Shown: piece by piece, positions 30,711 through 39,901 of the stretch
How positions within the stretch are numbered: the first letter of the stretch is position 1
Layout: each line of letters starts with the position of its first letter
Sequence record: MZ443769.1
Reading direction: 5' to 3' (one strand)
Length of the DNA stretch: 64,000 bases
Made by a program: the position numbers and the translations under genes
Notes under the pieces: generated by a model
Told to the model about the DNA's origin: nothing
Seen by the model: only the letters and a program-made list of their open reading frames with translations
The model's database searches: none

Positions 30711-31523
30711 TTAGAAGCTGTAGTTCTTGATGATGGTTGCCAGCTTGGCGTAGTAGTCCGGGCTGTAACGATACACTTTCGCGTAGTAGTCGAGCAGCTT
30801 CGGTACGTCGATGCCAGCGGCAGCAGACACGGAATCAACAGCAGGCATGTGGTTCTGGTCCAGTTCATCACCAGACAGAATCGCAACCATTGACAGTGCG
30901 CTTACTTGCTCGCTTTCGCCAGCTTCATCGACCATCAGAACGCTGTTATCATCAGTAACGCGAGCAGCGATGAAACCAACTTTCAGTTCACCAGACTGAG
31001 ACACGTAGCTGGCCATGTCACCACCAACAGCAGCAGAAAGCTGTGCGTCATGGATGCTCATAGCCTGCGCAACGTGCGGCAGAGTTGCGTTGATGTTCAG
31101 AGTGCTTGCACCAGACACGGAGCGAATCATATCGATCAGATCCGCGTTGTCGTTTGCTTCGCTACTGCGAACCAGAACTTGCTCACCACCTTCGTTAGTG
31201 CGCAGCGACCACATGCGTTCGCTCTTGTCCATATACATGTTGCTGGACAGAGCACGGAATTCGTTCGCAGTGTCGGCCTGAGCCAGCGGAACGATATCCT
31301 GCATACGAGTCATGATAGTACGAACGTAGGTACTGGTTTTGCCAGCTTCAAGAACAGAAGCAGCGCCCTGAACAGGCAGATACTCACGATTGCAAGAAGC
31401 GCTAACGATTGCACCGAAGTTCTCTGCAATGTTCTCGTTGGCGGCGTGGGTCAGATGTACGATAGCCACACTCTGATTGTCAGAGAGCTGGTCAATCTTT
31501 TGGATGAAAGCCTTCATTGTCAT
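30711..31523 (-). CDS. Putative virion structural or scaffold-like protein (270 aa)
   Basis: Codon bias like highly expressed genes, own CTAATTTT motif and terminator, internal SVSG and SVSA sites. Confidence 0.7.
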   Translation of the reverse strand: MTMKAFIQKIDQLSDNQSVAIVHLTHAANENIAENFGAIVSASCNREYLPVQGAASVLEAGKTSTYVRTIMTRMQDIVPLAQADTANEFRALSSNMYMDKSERMWSLRTNEGGEQVLVRSSEANDNADLIDMIRSVSGASTLNINATLPHVAQAMSIHDAQLSAAVGGDMASYVSQSGELKVGFIAARVTDDNSVLMVDEAGESEQVSALSMVAILSGDELDQNHMPAVDSVSAAAGIDVPKLLDYYAKVYRYSPDYYAKLATIIKNYSF

Positions 31524-31546
31524 CTCCTGAGATGTTTAGACAACTG

Positions 31547-31554
31547 AAAATTAG
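31547..31554 (-). promoter_or_regulatory. CTAATTTT motif (putative late promoter)
   Basis: Intergenic, 23 nt upstream of the start; recurs before virion and lysis genes. Confidence 0.65.
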
Positions 31555-31569
31555 TATTTCGAGGAAGAG

Positions 31570-32730
31570 TTACGTGACTCGATAGCGAGCATTTACCCAG
31601 ATGTTTCGGTTACCCATAGTAGACCACTTAGTAGTCGGACTGTTGGTAACACCCAGCTTACCAAGCGAACGAGCACCGTCAATCGCTTTAGCACCTTGAG
31701 AACCATCACCTTCATTGAGACCGGCTTTAGACAGCTTGTTCTTCAGGTTAGTTACTGGGCCTTGTATCTGAGTTTCGAGTCTGCCTAAAGCAGCTTCGAT
31801 AGAGGGAGTGCGGTCCATGTTCAAGTTAACTACTTGACCAGTGAAGTCGAAAGCCATTTGACCTTCTGCTTGTAGCTGTGCAGCAAGTGCATAGTAACAG
31901 GCACACGTAATCCAACCATCGAGAATGGTTCCCTGCATGTTCGTACCAGCCCAACCAGTAACGCGAGGGCCAATCATGTTGAACAGAGCAAGTCCACGAT
32001 ACAGATAGCCAATGATATCGCCTTGACTATACTCCAACTCAGGTATCACGTTATACGCGCGGGCTTTGTTGATATGGTCTTCAACAAGGGATGCTGCAAT
32101 GAGAACTTGCGGCGTCACTACCCACAGCTTATACGTGTACATCTTCGTTGTTTTGCGAGTGTTAGAAGTGTGCATGGCAATCAGCGATATCGGCTCAAGG
32201 CGTCTTGTCGCTACCCACACAGGAACTTTGAACACGCAGGTCTTAGCGCGGTTTGCAATCATCTTCACGCCAGCATCGGATGATTCGATGTTGTCAGCGA
32301 TCATCTGGTTGTTAAGCGCCAGTTGGAATCTTAACTTATCACCGCGTACGTCGAAGTGAAACGGAAGAGTCAGCTCAAACGTTTCTTCATCGCCAAACAA
32401 ACACACAATGTCTGTCACGCGGTTTTCAGTTAGAGGCTCAACGATTAATTCTTCGCGAGCCTGTACAAGACCTTCCTCAGACTCATAGCGCCATGTAACA
32501 GACAGACGCTTGTCATCGGTGAGTCCCATGTTCGGTACAGCTAGGTCAGCAGTCCACGTTCCCGGAATCTCTCCCGGCGTGGCAACCACTTGAGCTATGA
32601 CCGAACGATCTTCAGGGTCAATAAGACTTACTACAGGTCCCATATCATCTGATTGAGGATATAGCGGCTGGTCTAAGTCATCAAAGAAACTTTCCTCGAC
32701 GACTACGACGCTACCTTCTGTCGTGCGCAT
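31570..32730 (-). CDS. Putative neck/head-tail adaptor protein
   Basis: C-terminal YLYRGLALFN..ALAAQLQAEGQMAFDFTGQVVNLNMDR resembles gp13-type adaptors; judged by eye. Confidence 0.5.
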   Translation of the reverse strand: MRTTEGSVVVVEESFFDDLDQPLYPQSDDMGPVVSLIDPEDRSVIAQVVATPGEIPGTWTADLAVPNMGLTDDKRLSVTWRYESEEGLVQAREELIVEPLTENRVTDIVCLFGDEETFELTLPFHFDVRGDKLRFQLALNNQMIADNIESSDAGVKMIANRAKTCVFKVPVWVATRRLEPISLIAMHTSNTRKTTKMYTYKLWVVTPQVLIAASLVEDHINKARAYNVIPELEYSQGDIIGYLYRGLALFNMIGPRVTGWAGTNMQGTILDGWITCACYYALAAQLQAEGQMAFDFTGQVVNLNMDRTPSIEAALGRLETQIQGPVTNLKNKLSKAGLNEGDGSQGAKAIDGARSLGKLGVTNSPTTKWSTMGNRNIWVNARYRVT

Positions 32731-32731
32731 G

Positions 32732-33838
32732 TCAGCCTGCCTTAGTGAGCCCTAATGTCTCAATCAAGTTACGCAACTGATCATGGTACCCACCAGAAAT
32801 GAGTGCCCGCGCCATTGCAACGTGGTTACTACCAGCATAGCGAACGATCTTCGCCTGATACTCAGGAACGTTCTGCATGTTCTGATTCAGGTTATAGAAG
32901 AAACTCCGAATGAAGTTCACGCGCTCTACGTTGCTAGATTCCATGTCTGACGTGTCTTGAGTCGGCGTAAGCAACAGGTACATTGCTGCGGTCAGTTCAG
33001 GACTTTGATCGACGTTCTGCGATGCAATAGAAGCACTAAGCTTCATCAAGCCTTTCGCAAGGAAGTCTACAACAGGTCCGTCGATATACGCAGTGCCTGT
33101 CTTGCCAACATCAGGTAGGTACAGAGCTTGCAGAATGTAGATGCAGAAGTACAGCGGGAATTCTTTCTGCATTACATCCGTAACGAGCATCTCACTGTAT
33201 TCGCGCCACATCGCCAAGTTGTAATGCCACTCGTCGTACGGAATAGTCCGCATACAAATAGACACAGCCTTGTTTAAGTTCTGACTGGCGCGACTCGACA
33301 GGTCTTGCGTGTTAGTAGCAGGACCGAATGAAGAGTTACTTACCAGTTGAACGTAGTTGCGAGTGATAGCCCCGATAGAGTTATAAATAACATTCAGGAA
33401 CTCAACGCCATTACCGTTCAGACCAAACACGATTGAACGAGGTACAGAGATTGTCAGATACTCGTTATTATTGTCAACACCCCACAAGCGCCAGTAGCGG
33501 CCTCGACCAACTTGAGTCATTGGTGCAGGCAGAATACGATGCGCTTTAGACTGTAGGCAGAACGTGAAAGCAATACCGCTGTCGACCATGATCACTGAAT
33601 CATCGGGACGATTCGAATAACCCATCGACATTTCGTTATCGGTAGAGTACACGTTGACCAGAGTAAAGTTCAGAGCCTTAGTGAAAGGCATCTGTGCCTC
33701 AATCATCTGGGTGATGACTTGGCGTATGATAGAGTCAAGCACGTATGGGCTTGCGTTACGCATTTGCTGAGGACGATACATCCCGCTATACGTGTTCGGC
33801 TTAAACGTGCGCTCTACCTTGAAGTGAGTCAACGCCAT
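32732..33838 (-). CDS. Hypothetical, probable virion protein (368 aa)
   Basis: Long ORF in the operon behind a CTAATTTT motif; TAATG coupling. Confidence 0.75.
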   Translation of the reverse strand: MALTHFKVERTFKPNTYSGMYRPQQMRNASPYVLDSIIRQVITQMIEAQMPFTKALNFTLVNVYSTDNEMSMGYSNRPDDSVIMVDSGIAFTFCLQSKAHRILPAPMTQVGRGRYWRLWGVDNNNEYLTISVPRSIVFGLNGNGVEFLNVIYNSIGAITRNYVQLVSNSSFGPATNTQDLSSRASQNLNKAVSICMRTIPYDEWHYNLAMWREYSEMLVTDVMQKEFPLYFCIYILQALYLPDVGKTGTAYIDGPVVDFLAKGLMKLSASIASQNVDQSPELTAAMYLLLTPTQDTSDMESSNVERVNFIRSFFYNLNQNMQNVPEYQAKIVRYAGSNHVAMARALISGGYHDQLRNLIETLGLTKAG

Positions 33839-35121
33839 TACTTAACGGATTGTTTCAGTAAACGTTTCTGCTGCGGGTTGAGACCCATAACTTCTGCGAT
33901 CTGGTCAATCTTCGCAAGAGTCATAACACCCTTAGCAGTACCGGAAGAAGAGGTCAGGCTGATCTTAACGAACTCACGACCGTTACGACCTTTGACAATC
34001 TGATGGATAAGATTGTTCTTGCCACCACGACCAGCACGAAGTACGCTTGACGCCATACCCAGGATTTCAACAACTGCTTCACGCTTCTCATTCGCTGTAA
34101 GTCCAGGAACGAGACGCACATACAGGCTGTCGTTTTGCACACGCACGTTGTCGAAGATTTCACGCTTCTTACCGCGAATCGTGTGTTCAGCTTGACCCAG
34201 CATCGAAGTATCACGCAGGTTCTGTGTGGTACGGTTGATAGGCTTACGCTCGCTGTAGTTCAAGAAACCGTCCACAGCTAACAGACTGTTGATAGCACGT
34301 TTCAGTGAAGGACCTGTTTCGACTAAGCGTCCCATTGGGAATGAACCCGGAACCTTTTCGTCTACCAGAGTAGTCACGTAGTTGCTACTGATGCCGGATG
34401 CGATTGCGATCTGAGTAGACAGCACGACTGCATACGCAGGGTAGTGCATGTTGTCAGAGTTAACGAACCCGTCAACGAACACGTAGGTCTGGAATACAAT
34501 CGGGTCAGTACCAGACGCGATGAAAGTACGTGTACGAATTTTGGTGTACTGCTCTTTGTTCAGAATCTTTTTCAGGTAAGTAGCGATTGCACCTACCAGT
34601 TTAAGATGTTCTTGTGGAGCGCCGTTCTTAACGTCAATGCTCATGAGGCGGACGAACTGCGATTGCTGTTCTTTAGCCTGAGTAATAACGTTCAACAACG
34701 ACTTAGCCGCGCTACCCTGATCTTTGAAAGCAGTGAAGGTGCGGCTGTTCAGAATTTGATATGCTACGGACAACTCACTGATTGCCTGAGTCAACTGAGC
34801 AACCTGCGCGTTATATTTCGCTTTATTCTGCACGTCAGAGATATCAATCTTGGACAGATCGATAACCTGATTAAGCTCAATTGATTTTGCCTGTTTGCCT
34901 TTGATTGAACCTTCGATATCGGCAAGTTCAATCGTCTTAGCACTAAGGGACTGTAGCTTCTTGGGGATGGTAACAGACGTGGCGGTAGAGACAATGTGCT
35001 CTACAACAGAGCGGAATTCCTTGGCTGTACGTGCACCACGCAATGCGACCATGTTCCCAGAGGCATAGTTAACAGCAGTGCTGATACTGCTAACTTCATT
35101 GTTTTTGGCAATCTTAGCCAT
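33838..35121 (-). CDS. Hypothetical, probable virion protein
   Basis: Start MAKIAK at 35121 (SD GAGG); contains SSISTA and LQSLSA sites. Confidence 0.75.
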   Translation of the reverse strand: MAKIAKNNEVSSISTAVNYASGNMVALRGARTAKEFRSVVEHIVSTATSVTIPKKLQSLSAKTIELADIEGSIKGKQAKSIELNQVIDLSKIDISDVQNKAKYNAQVAQLTQAISELSVAYQILNSRTFTAFKDQGSAAKSLLNVITQAKEQQSQFVRLMSIDVKNGAPQEHLKLVGAIATYLKKILNKEQYTKIRTRTFIASGTDPIVFQTYVFVDGFVNSDNMHYPAYAVVLSTQIAIASGISSNYVTTLVDEKVPGSFPMGRLVETGPSLKRAINSLLAVDGFLNYSERKPINRTTQNLRDTSMLGQAEHTIRGKKREIFDNVRVQNDSLYVRLVPGLTANEKREAVVEILGMASSVLRAGRGGKNNLIHQIVKGRNGREFVKISLTSSSGTAKGVMTLAKIDQIAEVMGLNPQQKRLLKQSVK

Positions 35122-35158
35122 GATCATCCTCTACTGGGTTTAGTATTCATGTCGTGTA

Positions 35159-35166
35159 AAAATTAG
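35159..35166 (-). promoter_or_regulatory. CTAATTTT(TAC) motif
   Basis: CTAATTTTTACA, 37 nt upstream of the start. Confidence 0.65.
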
Positions 35167-35253
35167 CGTTAAGGTAGTGAAATTACCAACATGATCACTT
35201 TACATTTATTAAAAGCAGTGTAGGCGATTAATAAAAAATTCGTGTAGAAAAAC

Positions 35254-35281
35254 AAAAAGGGCAGCCGAAGCCACCCTTTTT
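35254..35281 (-). terminator. Rho-independent terminator
   Basis: Minus strand AAAAAGGGTGGCTTCGGCTGCCCTTTTTG. Confidence 0.85.
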
Positions 35282-35312
35282 GAATCGTACAGTGTTAGAC
35301 CGGGATTACCGA

Positions 35313-35990
35313 TTAAACAGTCACTTTGCCTTTCGCTTTAGTCTTGGTCGCTTTCTTAGCGCCAGTCTTCTGCGCAGCAGTACCAGTGTGGTGTACTGCT
35401 TTAGTTGTCACTTGCTTGCCACCCTTCAGGCGCGGCATTGGTTTCAACTTAGGCTTTTTCAGAGTCACGGAAGCTGGTTTAACTTTTGGAGTTACCAGTT
35501 TGCCAGACTTGATAGACGGCTTACGCGCTTTACGAGCGGCCAGACGTGCTTTCTGTTTTGCGATCAGGTTGCTGTAACCAGCTTTCTGTTTCGCGGCCAG
35601 GTTGGAGCGAGCTACTTTCTGACGAGCGATCAGCAGTTTGCGGATTGCTGCCTGAGATTTGGTAGTTGCTTTCAGACCGGCGGTGTATTTGTTCAGACGT
35701 TCTTTCAGGCGCTGCTCCAGGGATTTACCTTTCGCTTTAGCACGTTGACCTTTCAGGTGTTTCGCACGTTCGCCATCGAATTTTTTGTCAGCAGCATCTT
35801 TCTTAGCGGCTGGCTTTTTGGTTGCTTTGGCTTTGGCCGCTTTCGGCTTAGCAGTTTTGGCTGCTTTAGGCTTAGCGGCTTTCGCAGCTTTCGGCTTAGC
35901 AGTTTTGGCTGCTTTAGGTTTTGCTTTAGCCTTAGAACCACCTTTAACAGGGTCTTTAGGGCTGGTCAGTTTACGATTTACTTTAGCCAT
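35313..35990 (-). CDS. Histone H1-like Lys/Ala-rich DNA-binding protein
   Basis: 225 aa, very K/A-rich with tandem AAKxAKPK repeats; own promoter motif and terminator. Confidence 0.8.
   Translation of the reverse strand: MAKVNRKLTSPKDPVKGGSKAKAKPKAAKTAKPKAAKAAKPKAAKTAKPKAAKAKATKKPAAKKDAADKKFDGERAKHLKGQRAKAKGKSLEQRLKERLNKYTAGLKATTKSQAAIRKLLIARQKVARSNLAAKQKAGYSNLIAKQKARLAARKARKPSIKSGKLVTPKVKPASVTLKKPKLKPMPRLKGGKQVTTKAVHHTGTAAQKTGAKKATKTKAKGKVTV
35841..35912. repeat. Three 24-nt tandem units encoding AAKxAKPK
   Basis: Units at 35841 and 35889 are identical (tttcggcttagcagttttggctgc); the middle unit is degenerate. Confidence 0.85.
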
Positions 35991-36059
35991 GATTATATCC
36001 TCGAAGTTACATGGAATGCTTTTGTCCTGCTGGACATTTAAGTTTCAAATCAGCATGTA

Positions 36060-36067
36060 AAAATTAG
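36060..36067 (-). promoter_or_regulatory. CTAATTTT(TAC) motif
   Basis: CTAATTTTTACATG upstream of the H1-like gene. Confidence 0.65.
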
Positions 36068-36110
36068 TATAATCTCCGCGATTTACCTGCAGGATTATTC
36101 CGAAATATTT

Positions 36111-37187
36111 CTACACAGCAGTATACCCAATCTCAGATAACACCGCGTTCAGTTCTTTACGCGCACTAACTCGCAAAGACTTTTTAATTCCTGATGCCTT
36201 TAGGTAATCCTTAAGGCCATCGCGTGGATCAATGTCTGCAAGCTGTAGCTCGCTAACATCAACTGTATCTATATTATCGAGATCGACTGATTTATTCGTG
36301 GAATTGATTTGGGAAATATTCGGCACACGAGTACGAATATCAGCAGGTATTGACACTTCATCTTTAACGATAGCACGATAACGAATCGCAGGATTTACTT
36401 CCAGCTTAGACCAATCTTTCTGCTTCTCAATCAGCACGGTCTCAAGTCTAAAGCCGGGTTTGCTATCGACGAACTTTTGTTTTACTTCGAGTTGTTTGTC
36501 CTTCGTATAGCGAACGCGGATGTGCGAGAAGCCTTTAGGCAGAGCTTCACCGAATGTCTTTTGATACGGTGAACCGCAGTAAGAGAAACGCTTCTTCGCA
36601 AGTATCTGTGCAAGATGGATGTGACCACTGATCGTATAGTCACGCGGGTCTACAGCGATATCCTTCTTAGTACGCAGCGGTCGTCCGTTATCACCGAGTG
36701 CACCTACAGCTTCAACGTGACAGAAGTTAAGACAAGGCTTCTTGTGCTTGATGCTGGACTTAGCAGGGTGCGGCAGGAAGTTAACTACGATGCCTTCAAT
36801 CTCTACTTGCTCAGGACGCAGATAGATATGCAACGACTTGAGGAAGTCCCACTCGGTGAACGTCTTGATAAGGTCCATAGACGTCTCAGACATATCCGCC
36901 CAGTCGTGGTTGCCGCCACAGTACCAACTGTCGATGATACCTTCATACTTCAAGAAGAACTGGAGAAGCTTGCGCTTAGTCTCGTCAGCCATCTTGAACT
37001 TGTCAGTGATATCACCGGGAATGAATATATGGCGTATGCCGTGTTCAATAGCATACTGATAGATGCGGTCAATCGTTTCGAGTTGGCGATCAACGTGATC
37101 TGTTGGGAAGTGAGCAGCAAGTCCTTCTAAATGCCAATCAGATGTTACAAGTGCTTCAAGGAAAGCCGCTACTTTATTCTTTTTCAT
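36111..37187 (-). CDS. sbcD: SbcD/Mre11-like recombination nuclease (T4 gp47-like)
   Basis: Metallophosphoesterase motifs TSDWH, PGD, GGNHD, CHVE, SGHIH, YCGSPYQ. Confidence 0.88.
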   Translation of the reverse strand: MKKNKVAAFLEALVTSDWHLEGLAAHFPTDHVDRQLETIDRIYQYAIEHGIRHIFIPGDITDKFKMADETKRKLLQFFLKYEGIIDSWYCGGNHDWADMSETSMDLIKTFTEWDFLKSLHIYLRPEQVEIEGIVVNFLPHPAKSSIKHKKPCLNFCHVEAVGALGDNGRPLRTKKDIAVDPRDYTISGHIHLAQILAKKRFSYCGSPYQKTFGEALPKGFSHIRVRYTKDKQLEVKQKFVDSKPGFRLETVLIEKQKDWSKLEVNPAIRYRAIVKDEVSIPADIRTRVPNISQINSTNKSVDLDNIDTVDVSELQLADIDPRDGLKDYLKASGIKKSLRVSARKELNAVLSEIGYTAV

Positions 37188-37217
37188 TCGAAGTGTTCCA
37201 CATGTTCTGTTGACTGC

Positions 37218-37226
37218 TATTTACAG
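37218..37226 (-). promoter_or_regulatory. CTGTAAATA motif
   Basis: Exact motif immediately after the terminator, upstream of sbcD. Confidence 0.7.
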
Positions 37227-37254
37227 AAAAATGGGCAACCCGAAGGCCGCCCAT
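37227..37254 (-). terminator. Rho-independent terminator
   Basis: Minus strand ATGGGCGGCCTTCGGGTTGCCCATTTTT. Confidence 0.8.
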
Positions 37255-37267
37255 GTGGTTTATTTAT

Positions 37268-38398
37268 TTATTTCTTGCCTATGCTTTTAGAGAATTCGTC
37301 TCGCGATTTAAGCTCAGCTTTAGCGGCGTCACGAGCGGCCTTATGCTTAGGATCGGCAGCTTTACCTTTATCGTCATGGTGTTTAACCATACCAGTTAAA
37401 TCATCATGGTTCAGGTACTTAATCCGTTTAGGATTCTTTGTTACCTCATTTAAATGATTCTCACGCGTCTCTGCAAACTTCTTAGCGAAGAACTCACCAC
37501 GAGAACCTTTTGTATGTATACCACGACGACCAGCTTCACGGTCTAACTCGTCTTTTGCTTCACTCTCTGCCCGATATTTGGCACGGTCGCCTTTGATTAC
37601 GCCCAGATTCGCTTTATACTCCGCAGCATGTTTAGCATCTGCATGTTTAATAGCGCCGGTCAGTTGAGAGTCAGTCAGTTTGCGAATCTTCGTAGGGTCT
37701 TTGGTAACTTTATCAAAAGTCGCTTCACCAGCAGTAACTTTCTTGCTTGCTTCCTTTTCTGCGCCCTTACGCTTGGCGGCGATCTTTTCTTCGGTTCGCT
37801 TCACGCCACGTCGGACAGACTCTGCGTGACTAGGCTTTTTCTTAGCGGCATCCGCATTGGCTTTCATTGCAGCTTTAGTCAGACCGATCAGCATAAACTT
37901 CTCGTTAGGAACGAACTTAGGCTTGAATACACCACGCTTGCCTGCAACACTGAACTCAGTGGACTTAGCCGTCTTCAACACTTTCGGGTCGAACACTGTC
38001 TCAGCATTAACAGAGAAGGTCAGGCCACCAAGACCGTGCTTACGCGCAGCAGCATTAGCAGCTTTCAGATCGAGTTTGGCGTGCTTACGGTTGTTCGCAG
38101 CAAGGGCGCGAGCTTCTTTAGCGTCCTGACGTGCGTCAGCCTTTTCGAAGCTTTTTGTTTTCGGGTTCTTCGCTTTAGCCACGGCCTTATCAGTAAGGGT
38201 TTTATACTTCACGTACCCTTTACCGAAAGCGATTGCACTTTTAATCTTGCCTGCAACTTCGGTCAAAGCAGCGCGTTTGCTACTTGGGATTACCAGTTCA
38301 GTTTTACCTGAAATCTTAGCAGTCTTATAGCCGGGTTCTTTGGCAGCGGATTCAGAAACGATATTGCTACCGTCGAGTTTTAAACGAATGAGTGACAT
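37268..38398 (-). CDS. Lys/Ala-rich basic protein, probable internal head protein
   Basis: 376 aa; leader MSLIRLKLDGSNIVSESAA; two similar C-terminal segments, KDPTKIRKLTDSQLTG and KNPKRIKYLNHDDLTG. Confidence 0.8.
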   Translation of the reverse strand: MSLIRLKLDGSNIVSESAAKEPGYKTAKISGKTELVIPSSKRAALTEVAGKIKSAIAFGKGYVKYKTLTDKAVAKAKNPKTKSFEKADARQDAKEARALAANNRKHAKLDLKAANAAARKHGLGGLTFSVNAETVFDPKVLKTAKSTEFSVAGKRGVFKPKFVPNEKFMLIGLTKAAMKANADAAKKKPSHAESVRRGVKRTEEKIAAKRKGAEKEASKKVTAGEATFDKVTKDPTKIRKLTDSQLTGAIKHADAKHAAEYKANLGVIKGDRAKYRAESEAKDELDREAGRRGIHTKGSRGEFFAKKFAETRENHLNEVTKNPKRIKYLNHDDLTGMVKHHDDKGKAADPKHKAARDAAKAELKSRDEFSKSIGKK

Positions 38399-38433
38399 GG
38401 TATGCCTCTAATGAATGAGTTTGCTGTGATTGA

Positions 38434-38441
38434 AAAATTAG
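38434..38441 (-). promoter_or_regulatory. CTAATTTT motif
   Basis: 35 nt upstream of the start. Confidence 0.65.
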
Positions 38442-38444
38442 CAT

Positions 38445-38972
38445 CTACCGTCTTCTAACGCGGTCTTGATACTCATTAAATCTTAGCCAGTCGTTCCACA
38501 AATAAGTCACAGGTTTAGAATTCTTTAGTGCGTAGTCGATACAGTTCTGAGTACCGGAAGGTGCACCGCAACAAAGAGCGAGTAGTCTATCCGTGTTATC
38601 AACCATATAGTGATTGCGCTTGTTCAACGCAAACCCAGCTTGACCGTCCATATGAACCCAGTCTTCTTTAGACGTGACTATACGAACTTCGTGGCTTCTG
38701 TTCAGCAACACGTCCAGCTCCCACACACTATCGAGAGGCCAACGAGCATTGAAGCCCAAGAAAGGAATACACGATATGACTTTGTGCCCTTGTTCGATAG
38801 CAGCAGTGGCAACAGCCATGTCCCAACCTAAAGCACAGCCTACCCACAGTTCAACTTCCTTGTCTAGCTTCAAAAGCGGTCTGTGGGCAAACTTATAGAG
38901 GCGCTTCTTGGCCTCAGAACCATATCCACCTAAATACTGTGGGCGGTGACCTGTGAAAGAGTATTTATTCAT
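38445..38972 (-). CDS. YspA/DUF1273-like SLOG-family protein
   Basis: SFTGHRP, GCALGWD, LNKRNHYMVDNTD, SGTQNCIDYA motifs. Confidence 0.8.
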   Translation of the reverse strand: MNKYSFTGHRPQYLGGYGSEAKKRLYKFAHRPLLKLDKEVELWVGCALGWDMAVATAAIEQGHKVISCIPFLGFNARWPLDSVWELDVLLNRSHEVRIVTSKEDWVHMDGQAGFALNKRNHYMVDNTDRLLALCCGAPSGTQNCIDYALKNSKPVTYLWNDWLRFNEYQDRVRRR

Positions 38973-38978
38973 GCAGTA

Positions 38979-38987
38979 TATTTACAG
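38979..38987 (-). promoter_or_regulatory. CTGTAAATA motif
   Basis: Exact motif only 6 nt upstream of the ATG at 38972. Confidence 0.65.
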
Positions 38988-38990
38988 ATA

Positions 38991-39833
38991 CTACAGGGTA
39001 GTGACTAGACCTGAGTTGAACGCGAAACTTGGGCGAGTTCCTGGAGAGAGCGGGTTATTAGATTGTCCCGATACTAAAATTTCATTGGCAACAAACTTAA
39101 TCAACATACCATCTACAGGACTTGTAATCGCATCAGTCATTGTAGGAGTTTCATCTGAACCAACGTTGTCTATCATCATAGTAACTTCTGCGGCACGTTG
39201 TATAAATGCTCCGCCATATCCAGGCTGAGTGTGTCCAGATGCGTAGAAGCCTGTGATGATTGTTTGATCAGTACCTCCAGAAAGATTCAGTGCCTGTGTA
39301 GGTCGGTTGAACGTACGGTTCTCATATTGAGAAGGTGCGCCGGAATAGACTGTGTAGTTTTGTGGAGTACCTGAACCCCGCATCACAGTCATGTTGATGA
39401 AGCTGTCGCCGGGTCTGTATGCACCAAGCTGACCAAATTCAGGATAGGTAACGTCAATAGATGTGGTTTCATTTGTGTGCAACGCACTTGGCACCATTGA
39501 ACAAACGTTTGGGCTGTATGGCAATACATAGTCAGCACTGAGAGAACCTGAACTGATATTGTTTGCGCCCGTCTGAGGACTATCTATCTTAGCAGCAAAG
39601 GTAGTGCCTCCTAAGTATTTAAAGTTGGTGCAGTAATACTTGTTGCTCTTGCGTCCGGAAACGACATTAACAATCCCTTTTCCTACAATACCTCGGGCCT
39701 TAGGTGCAACCGTTTTAAGCGTTGTCCTATCTACAATGCTGTCAATATCAACACCGTCAGCTCTATCGAACAGAAAGATTTCAGGGAAGATATCCGTCAC
39801 AGCAAGATGATTTGCAGTTGAGATAAATTGCAT
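38991..39833 (-). CDS. Hypothetical beta-rich protein in an AT-richer segment
   Basis: 280 aa, G/T/S/P-rich; SD AAGGA; starts MQFISTAN. Confidence 0.7.
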   Translation of the reverse strand: MQFISTANHLAVTDIFPEIFLFDRADGVDIDSIVDRTTLKTVAPKARGIVGKGIVNVVSGRKSNKYYCTNFKYLGGTTFAAKIDSPQTGANNISSGSLSADYVLPYSPNVCSMVPSALHTNETTSIDVTYPEFGQLGAYRPGDSFINMTVMRGSGTPQNYTVYSGAPSQYENRTFNRPTQALNLSGGTDQTIITGFYASGHTQPGYGGAFIQRAAEVTMMIDNVGSDETPTMTDAITSPVDGMLIKFVANEILVSGQSNNPLSPGTRPSFAFNSGLVTTL

Positions 39834-39901
39834 ACGATATTCCTTTTACTAATCAGGTCAGGGCCTGCGCGGAACGCAAGCTTACTGAACTTTGGTAGGA
39901 G

